This document shows, one piece after another, positions 9,535 through 19,686 of a stretch of 64,000 bases of DNA (positions are counted from its first letter, which is position 1; each line of letters opens with the position of its first letter). Below the pieces are notes generated by a model. That model searched no databases and was not told the origin of the DNA. It saw only the letters and a list, made by a program, of their open reading frames with translations. The position numbers and the translations under genes are program-made. Source of the stretch: a virus; IMG/VR virus record IMGVR_UViG_3300006928_000001, positions 1 to 64,000 of that record. The stretch is one strand, 5' to 3'.

Positions 9535-12500
9535 CAGATAGCGCCCTGACGGTTAAGCTCGTCGCTATCAGTTGCAGTTTCGTACAGTGGGGTAGTAGAG
9601 CTGAGCGTACTGATACTATTGGCGCGGTTAGCGATCATCACATTGTCAGTCCCGGATACCGCGATTTGGCCGTTGGCAATAGACCCAGCAACAACAGAGT
9701 TGTCACCGCTGATGTCTAGCGGACCAACATTTCCACTCCAGCAGTTGTTACCACCTGTATCAGTAGCCGTAGATCCGTTCCAGTTGTTACCTGCCATGGC
9801 GCATAGAGAACTACTCACGTCAATACCAGCGTTAAAGTGATTCCCAGCAACTGCTACATCATCACCAGCACAGTCAAAGTTTCCGTGTACGTAATTACCA
9901 ACAAAGGTGCAGTTGTCAAAGTCAAGCTGGCATGACCCGGTAAGTACGTTCCCAACAATCGGTAGCTGTTGAGAGCTGGTAGTTCCTCCCAGCTTATTGA
10001 ATACGTTACCAATGAATGGGCTTGTGACGATCGTAGAGCCTGCTGTAACCGGTTCAGCCTCGTCCGGGGCGAAGTTACCCATAATCACGCATTGAGACGC
10101 GTTGTTACTGTTTTCAGTTACAAAGAAGTTGTCATCATCATAGCAGCTGTTAAACGCTACGATGCTTCTAGTCACATCTAGGAAGTAGTTGGCTGTAGTG
10201 GCGTCACCCATCATGTTACCAACGATGAGAAGCCGCTGCTTAGTAGTACCACCACCACAGTCTAGACCGTTGTTAACACCACTACCAAGATTACCTAGGA
10301 TGATAGATTCTTCGCACCCTGTAGGCAGGGTGATGTCGGCTTGTAGAGCCCCACCCGCGTCATCACCACGCATGACTAGATTGCCGGAAACGATTGACTT
10401 ACCAACCAGTGGGTTAATACCAACTTCTGGTGTGTCAATGACATTACCGAAAATTATCTGGTAGTCCTTTGGTGTAGAAGTACTCTGAACGGTTGCAAGA
10501 ATACCGTACACCGATAGCGGACTAGAACCAGCGGAATTACCGGTAGCTCCCGTAAGATTCAGCATGTTAAGTGCGCAAACGTTTTGGTCGTCATCACCTG
10601 ACTCGAGACCCAGATCAATCGCGATAGGATTTTCTCCGGTCATGGTGATCATGTTCATGGCTTCGATATTGTGGTTAGTGGTATCAGTAGTACCACCAAT
10701 TCGAATACCGTACAGCTCAGCTTCGATGTTGTTGAAAGTCAGCATACAGTTCTTGGTCAGCCAACCATAAATTCCGACACCAACGTCTTTGATGTCGTTA
10801 CCAGTGATCATTCCCTTCCAACCGTTACCAGTCGCAACGATTCCGACGTTAATCAAAATCCCAGCTTCCGCGGAACTTCCTGTGCCGGTAATCTTGTTAT
10901 CTTTAATCCACATCATCGTATTATCACTAGACGATTCGCAGTGAATTCGGATAATACCATCAGTACCGGAAATAGTTCCGCTAGCCGTAAGTACGTTATC
11001 GGTAATCCAACCAGTAGTGTTCGTTGTACCTGCAGGGTCGCCCAACCGAATGACCCTTTGAGAGTCAGTCGTAAGGTCGTTCTTTTCTACCCTTAGATTG
11101 GTAGCGGTTATGATACGAATGCATGGGCTCTCAGCAGTGGCATCACAGTACGTAATCCGCGGATTAATCATTGTCCCACTAGACTCCCAGAACACAAGTG
11201 CTTGTTCTGTCCCGGCTGGAGTTCCGTATGAGCCGGAGTCGGAAAGCAGGAAACAGTTATTCATCTTAAGGTCTGACAACGAGCACGTTGCAGACGAGCT
11301 GGCATAAACGTAGCACCCGCCCATGTACGCTTTACAGTCAGTAAATTCAACGTCTCCAATAGATGAATTTCCGTCAGCCACCAGCACGTGTGCTAGTTGT
11401 CCTCCGCCGCCGTTTAGTGCTCCGCCGCTGATAGTAGACAAGTATGTGTTACCATCAAAAAGACATCGCCTAAATGCCAGTCCACTGATGATTCCAGCTG
11501 AGCTGACAATGATAGAGTCTGTGTCAGCAGTACCAGTCCCTGTATATCTGAAAGTAATGTTTTCAAACACCCAACCAGTGAGATTGACCCCTGGCTCAAA
11601 CAGTGCGTTACCCGTATGGCTCCAAATGATACGACCTTCACCATGGCCCTGATGAATTGAGTCGCCTCCAGACTGTCCGATGATAGTCACATTCTTCAAG
11701 TTGAAGAAGTCATCTTCTGTAATCTCGGCAGCAACAGTACAGTCACCGACAATTTCGATTCGAGTGGATCGCTGAGGCATACTGCTGGCAGCCATAGCTG
11801 CTGCGAACGCCAGCGCGTTTTCTAGCGTATCAAACTGAGCACCGTGATCATCCTGATCATCAGAGACCGTCAAGGTCAAGCACTCGTTATGCTTAGTAAA
11901 GTTGCGAGTGAGGTACCTTAGAGTACCAGATACTCTCAGACCAGACCCGTCTGTGTCAAACTGGATGAATGGTACTACTGTATCGTCATACACAGCATCA
12001 TTAAGCGTAGTCGTAAACGCAAAATCTGCAACTGTAGGATCAGAATCATAGTAAACGTAGATCGTTGAGTTGATCGTAAAGCTAGTCAACGACGCGGTAG
12101 GAGGATCATACTCTTTCCCGCTAATGAATGCTGACCCTCCAGCGGTGATATTGAGCGTTGCTCCACCACCAGCAAAAGACGAAGTAGGTCGTTCAAACCA
12201 CCCACGCCGCCAAAGATTGTCCATAGCAGTCGTAGACGCATCTACCCAGTCTGACAGAGTATCAGTAACCTGTTGGCCAGTCGTACTATGAGTTTCAGAA
12301 CCAGTAGCCGACGCGGTAGTTCCGATATGAACGTACGCATCATTACTATCGAAGTCAGTGGTCGTAATAACCGGACCAAGAATCGTAATCTTGTAGTGTG
12401 ATGCCGTTGTACTAGCAGGCGACTGTCCAAGGTACCCATCGCCAATTCCGTCCAGGTTGACGAGCCAATCTGTGTTTCCAGATCGCTTCCACAGTTTGGC

Positions 12501-13175
12501 CGCAAAACCAATTGCTACGTCAGGATCATCAGTAGCAATTTCAACTCCAGGCTGATCTGTGTCTAGCCAGACGATACAGTCATAGGACCAACTGTCATCT
12601 TCAGCATTAGCCGTCAACCACGGTTGAATTCCAAGTGCGGTCAGGTCAGTGTCAACAATGAACTGCATGTACGATCCGGCGTCGGACACCGTATCTGGAT
12701 TTACCGTAACTCCAGGTACCTCAACGAATCGCCCATACCCACGTCCACCAGCTTTACCGTTCTCTACGTCGATAGGGAACTCAGTCTGAGTCAGGTAGAT
12801 TCTATACGTAGTTCCATTAGCATTCTCATACGGGAGATTAGTAAACCATGCTGGATCATTCAGCGTGATTGTTCTAGACCCTTCAGTCAACTGACTAATA
12901 GTCGTCGATGATCCGCACTCATTGAAAAGATCACCATTAGCCGCCATAGCAGCCAACGTGTTACCCGTTACAGTGATCTTACGTTCATTGATCGCCGCAG
13001 CATCGTCAGTCAACCCGAGCCCAGTAAGAGTAGAGTCGATGACGACTTCGCCAATGACTAGCCCGCCGATGTCTCTAGCGTAGTCACGAGCGGCTTCAAA
13101 GAAATTGTCTTGAAGCAAGGAAGAACCAAGGCGTTGGTCCGAGAAGAATCCAGCCTTAACACGGCCAGTAGGCAT
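9534..13175 (-). CDS. Tail fibre / tailspike with right-handed beta-helix (pectin lyase-like)
   Basis: About 1213 aa from ATG 13175 (GGAG SD); many ..GN../..NN.. parallel beta-helix repeats; follows the baseplate genes. Confidence 0.75.
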   Translation of the reverse strand: MPTGRVKAGFFSDQRLGSSLLQDNFFEAARDYARDIGGLVIGEVVIDSTLTGLGLTDDAAAINERKITVTGNTLAAMAANGDLFNECGSSTTISQLTEGSRTITLNDPAWFTNLPYENANGTTYRIYLTQTEFPIDVENGKAGGRGYGRFVEVPGVTVNPDTVSDAGSYMQFIVDTDLTALGIQPWLTANAEDDSWSYDCIVWLDTDQPGVEIATDDPDVAIGFAAKLWKRSGNTDWLVNLDGIGDGYLGQSPASTTASHYKITILGPVITTTDFDSNDAYVHIGTTASATGSETHSTTGQQVTDTLSDWVDASTTAMDNLWRRGWFERPTSSFAGGGATLNITAGGSAFISGKEYDPPTASLTSFTINSTIYVYYDSDPTVADFAFTTTLNDAVYDDTVVPFIQFDTDGSGLRVSGTLRYLTRNFTKHNECLTLTVSDDQDDHGAQFDTLENALAFAAAMAASSMPQRSTRIEIVGDCTVAAEITEDDFFNLKNVTIIGQSGGDSIHQGHGEGRIIWSHTGNALFEPGVNLTGWVFENITFRYTGTGTADTDSIIVSSAGIISGLAFRRCLFDGNTYLSTISGGALNGGGGQLAHVLVADGNSSIGDVEFTDCKAYMGGCYVYASSSATCSLSDLKMNNCFLLSDSGSYGTPAGTEQALVFWESSGTMINPRITYCDATAESPCIRIITATNLRVEKNDLTTDSQRVIRLGDPAGTTNTTGWITDNVLTASGTISGTDGIIRIHCESSSDNTMMWIKDNKITGTGSSAEAGILINVGIVATGNGWKGMITGNDIKDVGVGIYGWLTKNCMLTFNNIEAELYGIRIGGTTDTTNHNIEAMNMITMTGENPIAIDLGLESGDDDQNVCALNMLNLTGATGNSAGSSPLSVYGILATVQSTSTPKDYQIIFGNVIDTPEVGINPLVGKSIVSGNLVMRGDDAGGALQADITLPTGCEESIILGNLGSGVNNGLDCGGGTTKQRLLIVGNMMGDATTANYFLDVTRSIVAFNSCYDDDNFFVTENSNNASQCVIMGNFAPDEAEPVTAGSTIVTSPFIGNVFNKLGGTTSSQQLPIVGNVLTGSCQLDFDNCTFVGNYVHGNFDCAGDDVAVAGNHFNAGIDVSSSLCAMAGNNWNGSTATDTGGNNCWSGNVGPLDISGDNSVVAGSIANGQIAVSGTDNVMIANRANSISTLSSTTPLYETATDSDELNRQGAI

Positions 13176-13245
13176 CGTGAACTCCAAGTGATAGAATTGA
13201 CCTTACCCTAGCATGATAGGTAAAGCCAACTTTTGCGATTCGTGA

Positions 13246-15234
13246 TCAGCTGATTCCACTGATTCCTAGTCTGTTACCGGCCCACAGTGCTAGCAGCAAG
13301 ACTTCAGAATCGGTAAGAGCTCTATCGTAGACAGCAACTGTATGGATCGGGTTACTGGACCACACCTGGGTAATTGACCCGCGGCCACCATAAGCCATGC
13401 TATCGATCGTCAAGGTTCCAGTAGTTGGGTCAGACCCGTAACTCTCCTGAGTTGGCTTCTGTATGCCACCACCGTCCAAAGAGTCGTACCAACAATCCAT
13501 CGTTAGATCAACGCCCGCTTCTCGTCGGAAAATTACGATTGCATGAGAACCGGTGTTCCCGTTATTGAAGTCTACGTCAATTTCGAAAGACCCGCCCTGC
13601 ATGAAAGCTTGGATATGACCTGGAGTAGTACCTTGTCCAAACACGAACTGAAAGTTCGCCCCACCACCATCATCACCATAAATGCTAAACATAGCAGAAC
13701 CGGTTGTTTGACTGTTTTCTGTTGGAACGATTGCGAACACCGTGAAGTCAGTCAATACCTTAGCTAGACCAGCAGCCGATTCTGGATGATTCGTAGGCAG
13801 TGCAACCGTGAAGTTACCAGGTAGATCTGTTGGTACGCCATTAACTTCGTAAGAAACTGGAGTTGGACCAGTAGTCGAGTCTGGGGTTGCATCAATCGTG
13901 TTGGCACTTTTGTCTGTAATGCTGAGAAGCTCGCTACTTCCGTTATAGTTGGCAGAATCGTAACCATCCCACCAAACGTACAAACCACTAACGGCGTCAG
14001 GGGCTACGAATGTGATGTCAATCGTGTTGCCAACGTATTGATCACGAAATGTCAGTGCGCCAAGCCTAAGTGTTCCTTGAGTAAATACCGCTGTATCCAG
14101 ACCGGCAAACCCGTAGCTGCCTCGTGGTCTGTTCCCGATAAAAATGACAGAGTCAGCATACCAGAATGACGGGTTGCCATCGACTGCGACACGTAGCAGT
14201 GCTTCTTGTTCAGCTTGGATGATAAAGAAATCGAATCGATGGTAATCACCAGCGAGATCTTCACCAATAACGAATGGGATAGTGGCGATAGCACTACCGA
14301 CTGTACCAGCGTACTTTCTATGAAGCGTAAGATTTCCGGACCTATTATTGATTCTCGCAACGTACGCCTCTGACGATCCACCATCGGGTCCGTCACTTGA
14401 AGCGTACGCGTAGACTTCCCAATACTCGTTAAGCGCAGTTCCGTCAATCTTAAACCATACTGTGATCCACTGGGTTTCGAATCCAGCAATCGTGTCTTTT
14501 ACAGTCGGCGTTCTGATGTACTGTTCCGCGTTAACCGCATCGATATCTGGTCCGAGGTCCATAGCCTCGTATTCACCGTTGACGGTAGTGGCTACCATAG
14601 ACGGATCAAAATCCGTGTACAGCCAGCTACCATACCCATCTTTCCAAGCGGTCAACGCCCAACAAGGAATCAAGGTAACTTGGTCGAGCGGGATTGCCAC
14701 GGCTTGAAGCATACGAAGCGTCTCGCCTTCTTCAAACTCAGTAGCCGATGGACCTTGACCCAGTAGAAATATATCAGTGTTGTTTGACAATACGTCAGGA
14801 ATCAGCACAAATGACATGGATGATTCATCCACAACAACGCGATTCACCAGGTACGGTCGAATAATCGACACACCACCGGCTAGTGCATTAGACGTAGCAC
14901 GATGCGATGCGAATGAACCGCGCCAAACAGATAGCAGCTGAGCCAAAATTGCCAAGCGCCGTTGTTTGGCAACGGATAGCGGTTCCTTTTTTACGTCAAT
15001 TCCGTGTAGCGCCAGAACTCTAGGCAGGTCTTCATCAAGGCACCTTGACGGATTAAGCAAGATAGGAAGGTACTGTTCCAGATCAATCATGATGTTTAAA
15101 GCATAAGCGATCTGGTCGGCCAGTGCCTCCATATACCGTCGACCCTCAGGGGTCCTAGTCAGAGTGCTAGGAGTCCATCGACGCGCTAGCGAAGACAAGC
15201 CATGGACATCAGTACCAAGCTGAGGGATAGCCAT
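13246..15234 (-). CDS. Baseplate wedge / tail protein I-like with C-terminal LamG (concanavalin-like) domain
   Basis: N-terminal LNPSRC..EDLPRVL...WRGS pattern of tail-I/gp7-like proteins; C-terminal GLYVWWDG...VAVYDRALTDSEV. Confidence 0.6.
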   Translation of the reverse strand: MAIPQLGTDVHGLSSLARRWTPSTLTRTPEGRRYMEALADQIAYALNIMIDLEQYLPILLNPSRCLDEDLPRVLALHGIDVKKEPLSVAKQRRLAILAQLLSVWRGSFASHRATSNALAGGVSIIRPYLVNRVVVDESSMSFVLIPDVLSNNTDIFLLGQGPSATEFEEGETLRMLQAVAIPLDQVTLIPCWALTAWKDGYGSWLYTDFDPSMVATTVNGEYEAMDLGPDIDAVNAEQYIRTPTVKDTIAGFETQWITVWFKIDGTALNEYWEVYAYASSDGPDGGSSEAYVARINNRSGNLTLHRKYAGTVGSAIATIPFVIGEDLAGDYHRFDFFIIQAEQEALLRVAVDGNPSFWYADSVIFIGNRPRGSYGFAGLDTAVFTQGTLRLGALTFRDQYVGNTIDITFVAPDAVSGLYVWWDGYDSANYNGSSELLSITDKSANTIDATPDSTTGPTPVSYEVNGVPTDLPGNFTVALPTNHPESAAGLAKVLTDFTVFAIVPTENSQTTGSAMFSIYGDDGGGANFQFVFGQGTTPGHIQAFMQGGSFEIDVDFNNGNTGSHAIVIFRREAGVDLTMDCWYDSLDGGGIQKPTQESYGSDPTTGTLTIDSMAYGGRGSITQVWSSNPIHTVAVYDRALTDSEVLLLALWAGNRLGISGIS

Positions 15235-15242
15235 TCATTACC

Positions 15243-17462
15243 TCAGGGTAGGACGATGATGATGTTAGTATCAGGATCGAACGTTGAATCTAGAACTGGT
15301 AGTTCGTACGTCCCTAGCTGGACAAAGTCTCCAGCATCGTAAGTATCAACGCCGTCGCTAGTACTGATCTCGATAAAAGTGCGATTAGGAATAGCGTTCC
15401 ACAGCAGCCCAAATAGAACAGCCATTGGTACCTTACCACCAAATGACCATCGGAACGTTCCGTTTTCATCTCTAGAGTGCGGTGAGAAGAACGTACGAAT
15501 TACCTGTTCTGCCTGAGCTCTGACGTTCTCAGAGCTTGGGACGTACACAGTAATGGTTGGTAGCAGACTGCGGCTGACGAAAGCCGATACAATCGCTTCT
15601 GTATTTTGAGGACCGTGCCCACCAACGACTTCGATACCCACTTCAGTTCCGTTAAGCCATACTTCAGCCTCTGCTGCATCGGCCGATGAAACGGTACCCA
15701 GTGGATCGTTTTCTGATCCAACTACCAGAACGCGGTATTGACGCGTACCAGCCCCTTCAAGAGTGTAAAACGCACGAGAGAATGGCTTACGACCATCTGA
15801 CGTCGTGAATGTTGCTCGGTTAGGCGCACCACCAGACAGTGCGGTGGTGACTTCTGGCGCCGAGATAACACTTTCGGCCCTAAGTGCTAGCTGTGGTACG
15901 ATATTAAACCTGAATCGCTGTGTGCTATCGTAGTCACTGCACTCTTTTTGCATGTACCCTTCAGTTCCACGTGGAAGAACAAAGGATGAGACCAGCCCTG
16001 GACCACCTAGAGCCTTCACTTCAGACCCATCAGCTAGGTCTCCGGGTTGAGTAGAACCAGAGCGGAATGTTACGTAGACTGGTTCACCATTAGTGGGTAG
16101 TTGACCAACTGTTCCATCACCAAAAATGACACCCCAACCATCATCTACATCTTCAGAGAAGATACCGTGCTTTGACGAGGCTGTGGTAGCGGTAAAATCG
16201 TCAACGATCTCCCAGTCCGTATCAGTATCGATAGTAACTTCAACCTTAGGGTCACTAACTGGTTCATCAATCGGTTCTAGAGAAACAGAAATGAATTGGA
16301 ATTTAGTACCATCAGTTTGTCCGGCCGTGACCTGACGACGATATCCTTGAGTAATCATCACCTCTGCATACCAGCTACCATCAGTGTTCGTTGGTTGCTC
16401 TAGATCAATTAGTTCTGGAAATACCGCAGTTCCAGCTGGGTCACAGATCCGACCACGGATAGCCCAACCATACTCATCGTGCTCAGCCCAATCATTCGTT
16501 TCTGACTTCAGATCAGTGATCAGGAACGAAACTGTACCATCACCCGTCATGTCTGTCGTACCATCGACTACGGATGGAATGGGGCGCCAATCAGCTATGA
16601 CTTCGTAATCAGAGATACTAGTACTAGGAGTCGCTTGTCCCAAGTAAGACGTCACAGCTGTTGCTGGCGCTGATGTAGATGTGACAGTAACTACTTCTGT
16701 CACATTGGTAGGTTTATGCGTGATGGACACTTCCAGTCCATACGCACTATCACTTGCGTCATTTAGGTAGTCTGACAGATCGAACTCAAGAGTTCCGCTA
16801 ACCTCAGTAACAGAAGATGGCGACCCAGATTCGATATTGAAGTATTCCCATGAAATACTACCAGACGCAGCCGGATTTGAGTTGAATGCCAGGTCGACGG
16901 CATTGAACATTAGACCAGGAAAGCCAATGATAATAGCGTCATTCTCTTCCATAGAAATACCGGCTGCAGTGAATACTTGCTGAGTAGCAGTATCCGCAGA
17001 CGTATCATAAAACCAGGCGTCAAACGCAACGGACCCTCCCGTAGCGATATCCTCGTCAGCACTGTATGACGGGTCAGTGATACCTGCTTGTGCGAATCGC
17101 ATACCTTCAACAAGATAAGTCGTGTTGATTACCGGCGCTCCACTCAACTTACCATACACCTTCCCACGGCTAGGCTGCATGGGGAGAAGAGGGCGATTCA
17201 TATGCGCAAGCAACGCGATCATTGCACGTCTGGCAGAGATAGATCGAACGTCAAACTGCTTAAGTGCGTGGTTAGCCCTATTAAAAACGTGTGATCCAAG
17301 AGCCGTTGTCAACACCATCTGCTGTACAAACGGATCGATCAAATCCTTAGCGGTGTGTTCAGGGAAATGAAGCGACCGAAGTTGAAACATGACGTCTAGA
17401 ATATCGTCGAAATCGATGTTATTACTCGGTGGCCACCGAACATCTTGAGGCTGATTAGCCAT
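15243..17462 (-). CDS. Baseplate wedge subunit (gpJ / T4 gp6-like)
   Basis: DFDDI.....DPFVQ, GQTDGTKFQ, VIFGDGTVGQLP..G..VYVTFRSG, RAESVIS motifs; start MANQ at 17462. Confidence 0.8.
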   Translation of the reverse strand: MANQPQDVRWPPSNNIDFDDILDVMFQLRSLHFPEHTAKDLIDPFVQQMVLTTALGSHVFNRANHALKQFDVRSISARRAMIALLAHMNRPLLPMQPSRGKVYGKLSGAPVINTTYLVEGMRFAQAGITDPSYSADEDIATGGSVAFDAWFYDTSADTATQQVFTAAGISMEENDAIIIGFPGLMFNAVDLAFNSNPAASGSISWEYFNIESGSPSSVTEVSGTLEFDLSDYLNDASDSAYGLEVSITHKPTNVTEVVTVTSTSAPATAVTSYLGQATPSTSISDYEVIADWRPIPSVVDGTTDMTGDGTVSFLITDLKSETNDWAEHDEYGWAIRGRICDPAGTAVFPELIDLEQPTNTDGSWYAEVMITQGYRRQVTAGQTDGTKFQFISVSLEPIDEPVSDPKVEVTIDTDTDWEIVDDFTATTASSKHGIFSEDVDDGWGVIFGDGTVGQLPTNGEPVYVTFRSGSTQPGDLADGSEVKALGGPGLVSSFVLPRGTEGYMQKECSDYDSTQRFRFNIVPQLALRAESVISAPEVTTALSGGAPNRATFTTSDGRKPFSRAFYTLEGAGTRQYRVLVVGSENDPLGTVSSADAAEAEVWLNGTEVGIEVVGGHGPQNTEAIVSAFVSRSLLPTITVYVPSSENVRAQAEQVIRTFFSPHSRDENGTFRWSFGGKVPMAVLFGLLWNAIPNRTFIEISTSDGVDTYDAGDFVQLGTYELPVLDSTFDPDTNIIIVLP

Positions 17463-17799
17463 TGAATTCGATCTCCGTCTGCTGACGTGCTTCTCGATCG
17501 GTAAACTTGAGCGAGTACGTACGAATGCCGTCAGCAATATCATCCTTAGACGAAGAGTCCTTAAACTCATCGATGTAGATGATTGAGCTTAGTCTCTGTA
17601 GCGTAGCTCTGATACGACCTTCTGCGGCTTGGTCCGTCTTAAACGCAACCTCACCTAGACTTAACGAACGAGGGTTGTACGGATTTTGACTTGTATCACC
17701 CAGCGTAAGCAATACAAGAATGGTTGTGGCATCAATACCTTTAACCATCGGAATTCGACCACCAACAGGAACAGGCGGCCATTTCATCACTTTAGCCAT
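17455..17799 (-). CDS. Baseplate gp25/gpW-like protein
   Basis: 114 aa, located between spike and wedge genes. Confidence 0.5.
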   Translation of the reverse strand: MAKVMKWPPVPVGGRIPMVKGIDATTILVLLTLGDTSQNPYNPRSLSLGEVAFKTDQAAEGRIRATLQRLSSIIYIDEFKDSSSKDDIADGIRTYSLKFTDREARQQTEIEFNG

Positions 17800-17802
17800 T
17801 GA

Positions 17803-17928
17803 TCAGAGCTCGTCGAGTGGACAAGGAAACACAAGACTGAACACTGGCAAAGACGGAAGTGGTGGAAGAACAATACCAAGTTCGAAAGATGGAATTGGTA
17901 GAGTCGGGAGTTGACACTTCGTAGCCAT
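17803..17928 (-). CDS. 41-aa Cys-flanked proline-rich peptide
   Basis: Hand-translated MATKCQLPTLPIPSFELGIVLPPLPSLPVFSLVFPCPLDEL; fills the gap between spike and gp25-like genes exactly. Confidence 0.6.
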   Translation of the reverse strand: MATKCQLPTLPIPSFELGIVLPPLPSLPVFSLVFPCPLDEL

Positions 17929-17931
17929 CGT

Positions 17932-18780
17932 TTAATCTCCGTAGATTCGTTTCGACAGGTAAGGAAGCCCAGAAGCGATTGATGTAGCCGCGTTCACACT
18001 AAAAGCCGTAGCGTTGACGGCTGTGTACGGGGCTCCGGCAGGAATTGCCAACCCGCAAGCTACAACATCATCAGCTAGCAATTTTAGTGCAGCTAGCAGT
18101 GTTAGCATTAACGGGTACGGGTGTACTGGTGGAGTGGTACCACCTCCCATTTCAATCGTACTACCTGCGATCTGGATGTTGCCACCACCCAACTTGGTGA
18201 TGTTACCGTCTTCCATCGCAAGGTATGATATACCATCTTTATGAGAGATCAAAACTCCGTCTGGATTCATTTGCAGTGCATGGTTAGCCGTAACACCGAA
18301 TGTACCTTCTTCCATGATTAGGCCGACACCATTGGCCGTACCCATTTGAATTCTGTCGCTACGTGGATCAATGTTAATGAACGACTGCTTTTCGGCGTCG
18401 GCTGTAGACGTTGCAATTAGGTATACGCCTAGATTATTGTCTAGAAGAATACTATGCCTACCATCTGGTGATCTAGCCCCTGCTCTTGTCTCAGGGTTGT
18501 CAGAGATGGAAGTCCAACTCTGACTAGAGCCCAGCCAACGGAATGAATTTCCACCAAGATGAGCAACGATAACGCGAACTGGTGCGGCATCGTCATCGGG
18601 GTTGGTGGGCCATGCAATCGAGTGCCAGCCGCCGAACGGCGAACCGGGATACATAGGTGCGATCAGTGCTGGACACTCGTCGTCCCTAAACAGCTGAGGA
18701 ATCTTCACCTTAATGTGTCCTGGCAGATTGGGGTCAGGGTTTCCGTCCGTGACCTCAGCCTCATAGAACTCGACCGGCAT
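17932..18780 (-). CDS. Baseplate central spike (gpV/Gp5 OB-fold + beta-helix)
   Basis: AEVTD..PD..GHIKVKIP OB-fold start, SPDGRHSILLD, beta-strand repeats. Confidence 0.75.
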   Translation of the reverse strand: MPVEFYEAEVTDGNPDPNLPGHIKVKIPQLFRDDECPALIAPMYPGSPFGGWHSIAWPTNPDDDAAPVRVIVAHLGGNSFRWLGSSQSWTSISDNPETRAGARSPDGRHSILLDNNLGVYLIATSTADAEKQSFINIDPRSDRIQMGTANGVGLIMEEGTFGVTANHALQMNPDGVLISHKDGISYLAMEDGNITKLGGGNIQIAGSTIEMGGGTTPPVHPYPLMLTLLAALKLLADDVVACGLAIPAGAPYTAVNATAFSVNAATSIASGLPYLSKRIYGD

Positions 18781-18783
18781 GTA

Positions 18784-19677
18784 TCAGTCCTCGGTATTCA
18801 GCGTGAACTTGTCAGCATCGAATTCGTTCTTACTCATAAACGCCAACGTGTATCCGTTGGGACCCTTCTTGCGGGAGGTAGCACCATCGAGAATAGCTTC
18901 CGGCGGCCATCCCTGATCGAATGCGGATTCCATCGCCTCGAGTTCATCAATTGGGACAGCAACGTTAATCTTCTCAGACCATACTTCGCCATCATCCAAC
19001 TTTACCCCGGTAGGCTTACCAGAATTCTCCGCATCAGGTTCGCCATTGTCAACAGGTTTTCCGTCATCTTCACTAGACGTGTCTGACTCTGGTTCCTTGA
19101 CGTCTGGTGGCCCGCTCTTTGCGACATCCTCAGACTCCTCATTCTTCTTAGGCTCGGGAAGAATTGTGCGCCCTTCAATCTTAACCTGCTTAGGCTTACG
19201 CCGCTTCGGCTTAAGCGACTCCCAAGCTCGGGTGATCATTCCGGATAGAATTTCGTCGGGAAGAAGAACCATTCCGTCACGCTGAAACCTGTCGTTAAAC
19301 AGACTATGCTGAACTTCAGGCATAATACGACGTCCGCGAGCGCCGGCATTCTTTACCGCAACCTGCATGATAGACGTGATAATTTCGTCGTACGCAGACT
19401 CAGGGTGAATAACATCACTGGACTCAGTTGCTACGGGGTATTCGCTAAGTACCTGATCGTGAGTAACAAGTACGTCCTTGGTAACCACCTTTTCGTGCTT
19501 AACCCAATTACGTGGCTTGTTCCGTACAGGACGCCATCCACGCCCAGGACGACTCCCAGCCTTAGCACGACGCTCACGAACTCCACTTACGATATCAACG
19601 CGCTTTCCCTCAGTGGTTTCAACACCCACAGAGACAATGGGACAGACGCGTCCTCCGAAGATGATGTATTGCTGCAC
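18784..19677 (-). CDS. Hypothetical protein (basic N-terminus, acidic C-terminus)
   Basis: 297 aa, GGAGG SD. Confidence 0.7.
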   Translation of the reverse strand: MQQYIIFGGRVCPIVSVGVETTEGKRVDIVSGVRERRAKAGSRPGRGWRPVRNKPRNWVKHEKVVTKDVLVTHDQVLSEYPVATESSDVIHPESAYDEIITSIMQVAVKNAGARGRRIMPEVQHSLFNDRFQRDGMVLLPDEILSGMITRAWESLKPKRRKPKQVKIEGRTILPEPKKNEESEDVAKSGPPDVKEPESDTSSEDDGKPVDNGEPDAENSGKPTGVKLDDGEVWSEKINVAVPIDELEAMESAFDQGWPPEAILDGATSRKKGPNGYTLAFMSKNEFDADKFTLNTED

Positions 19678-19686
19678 TCGAACCTC

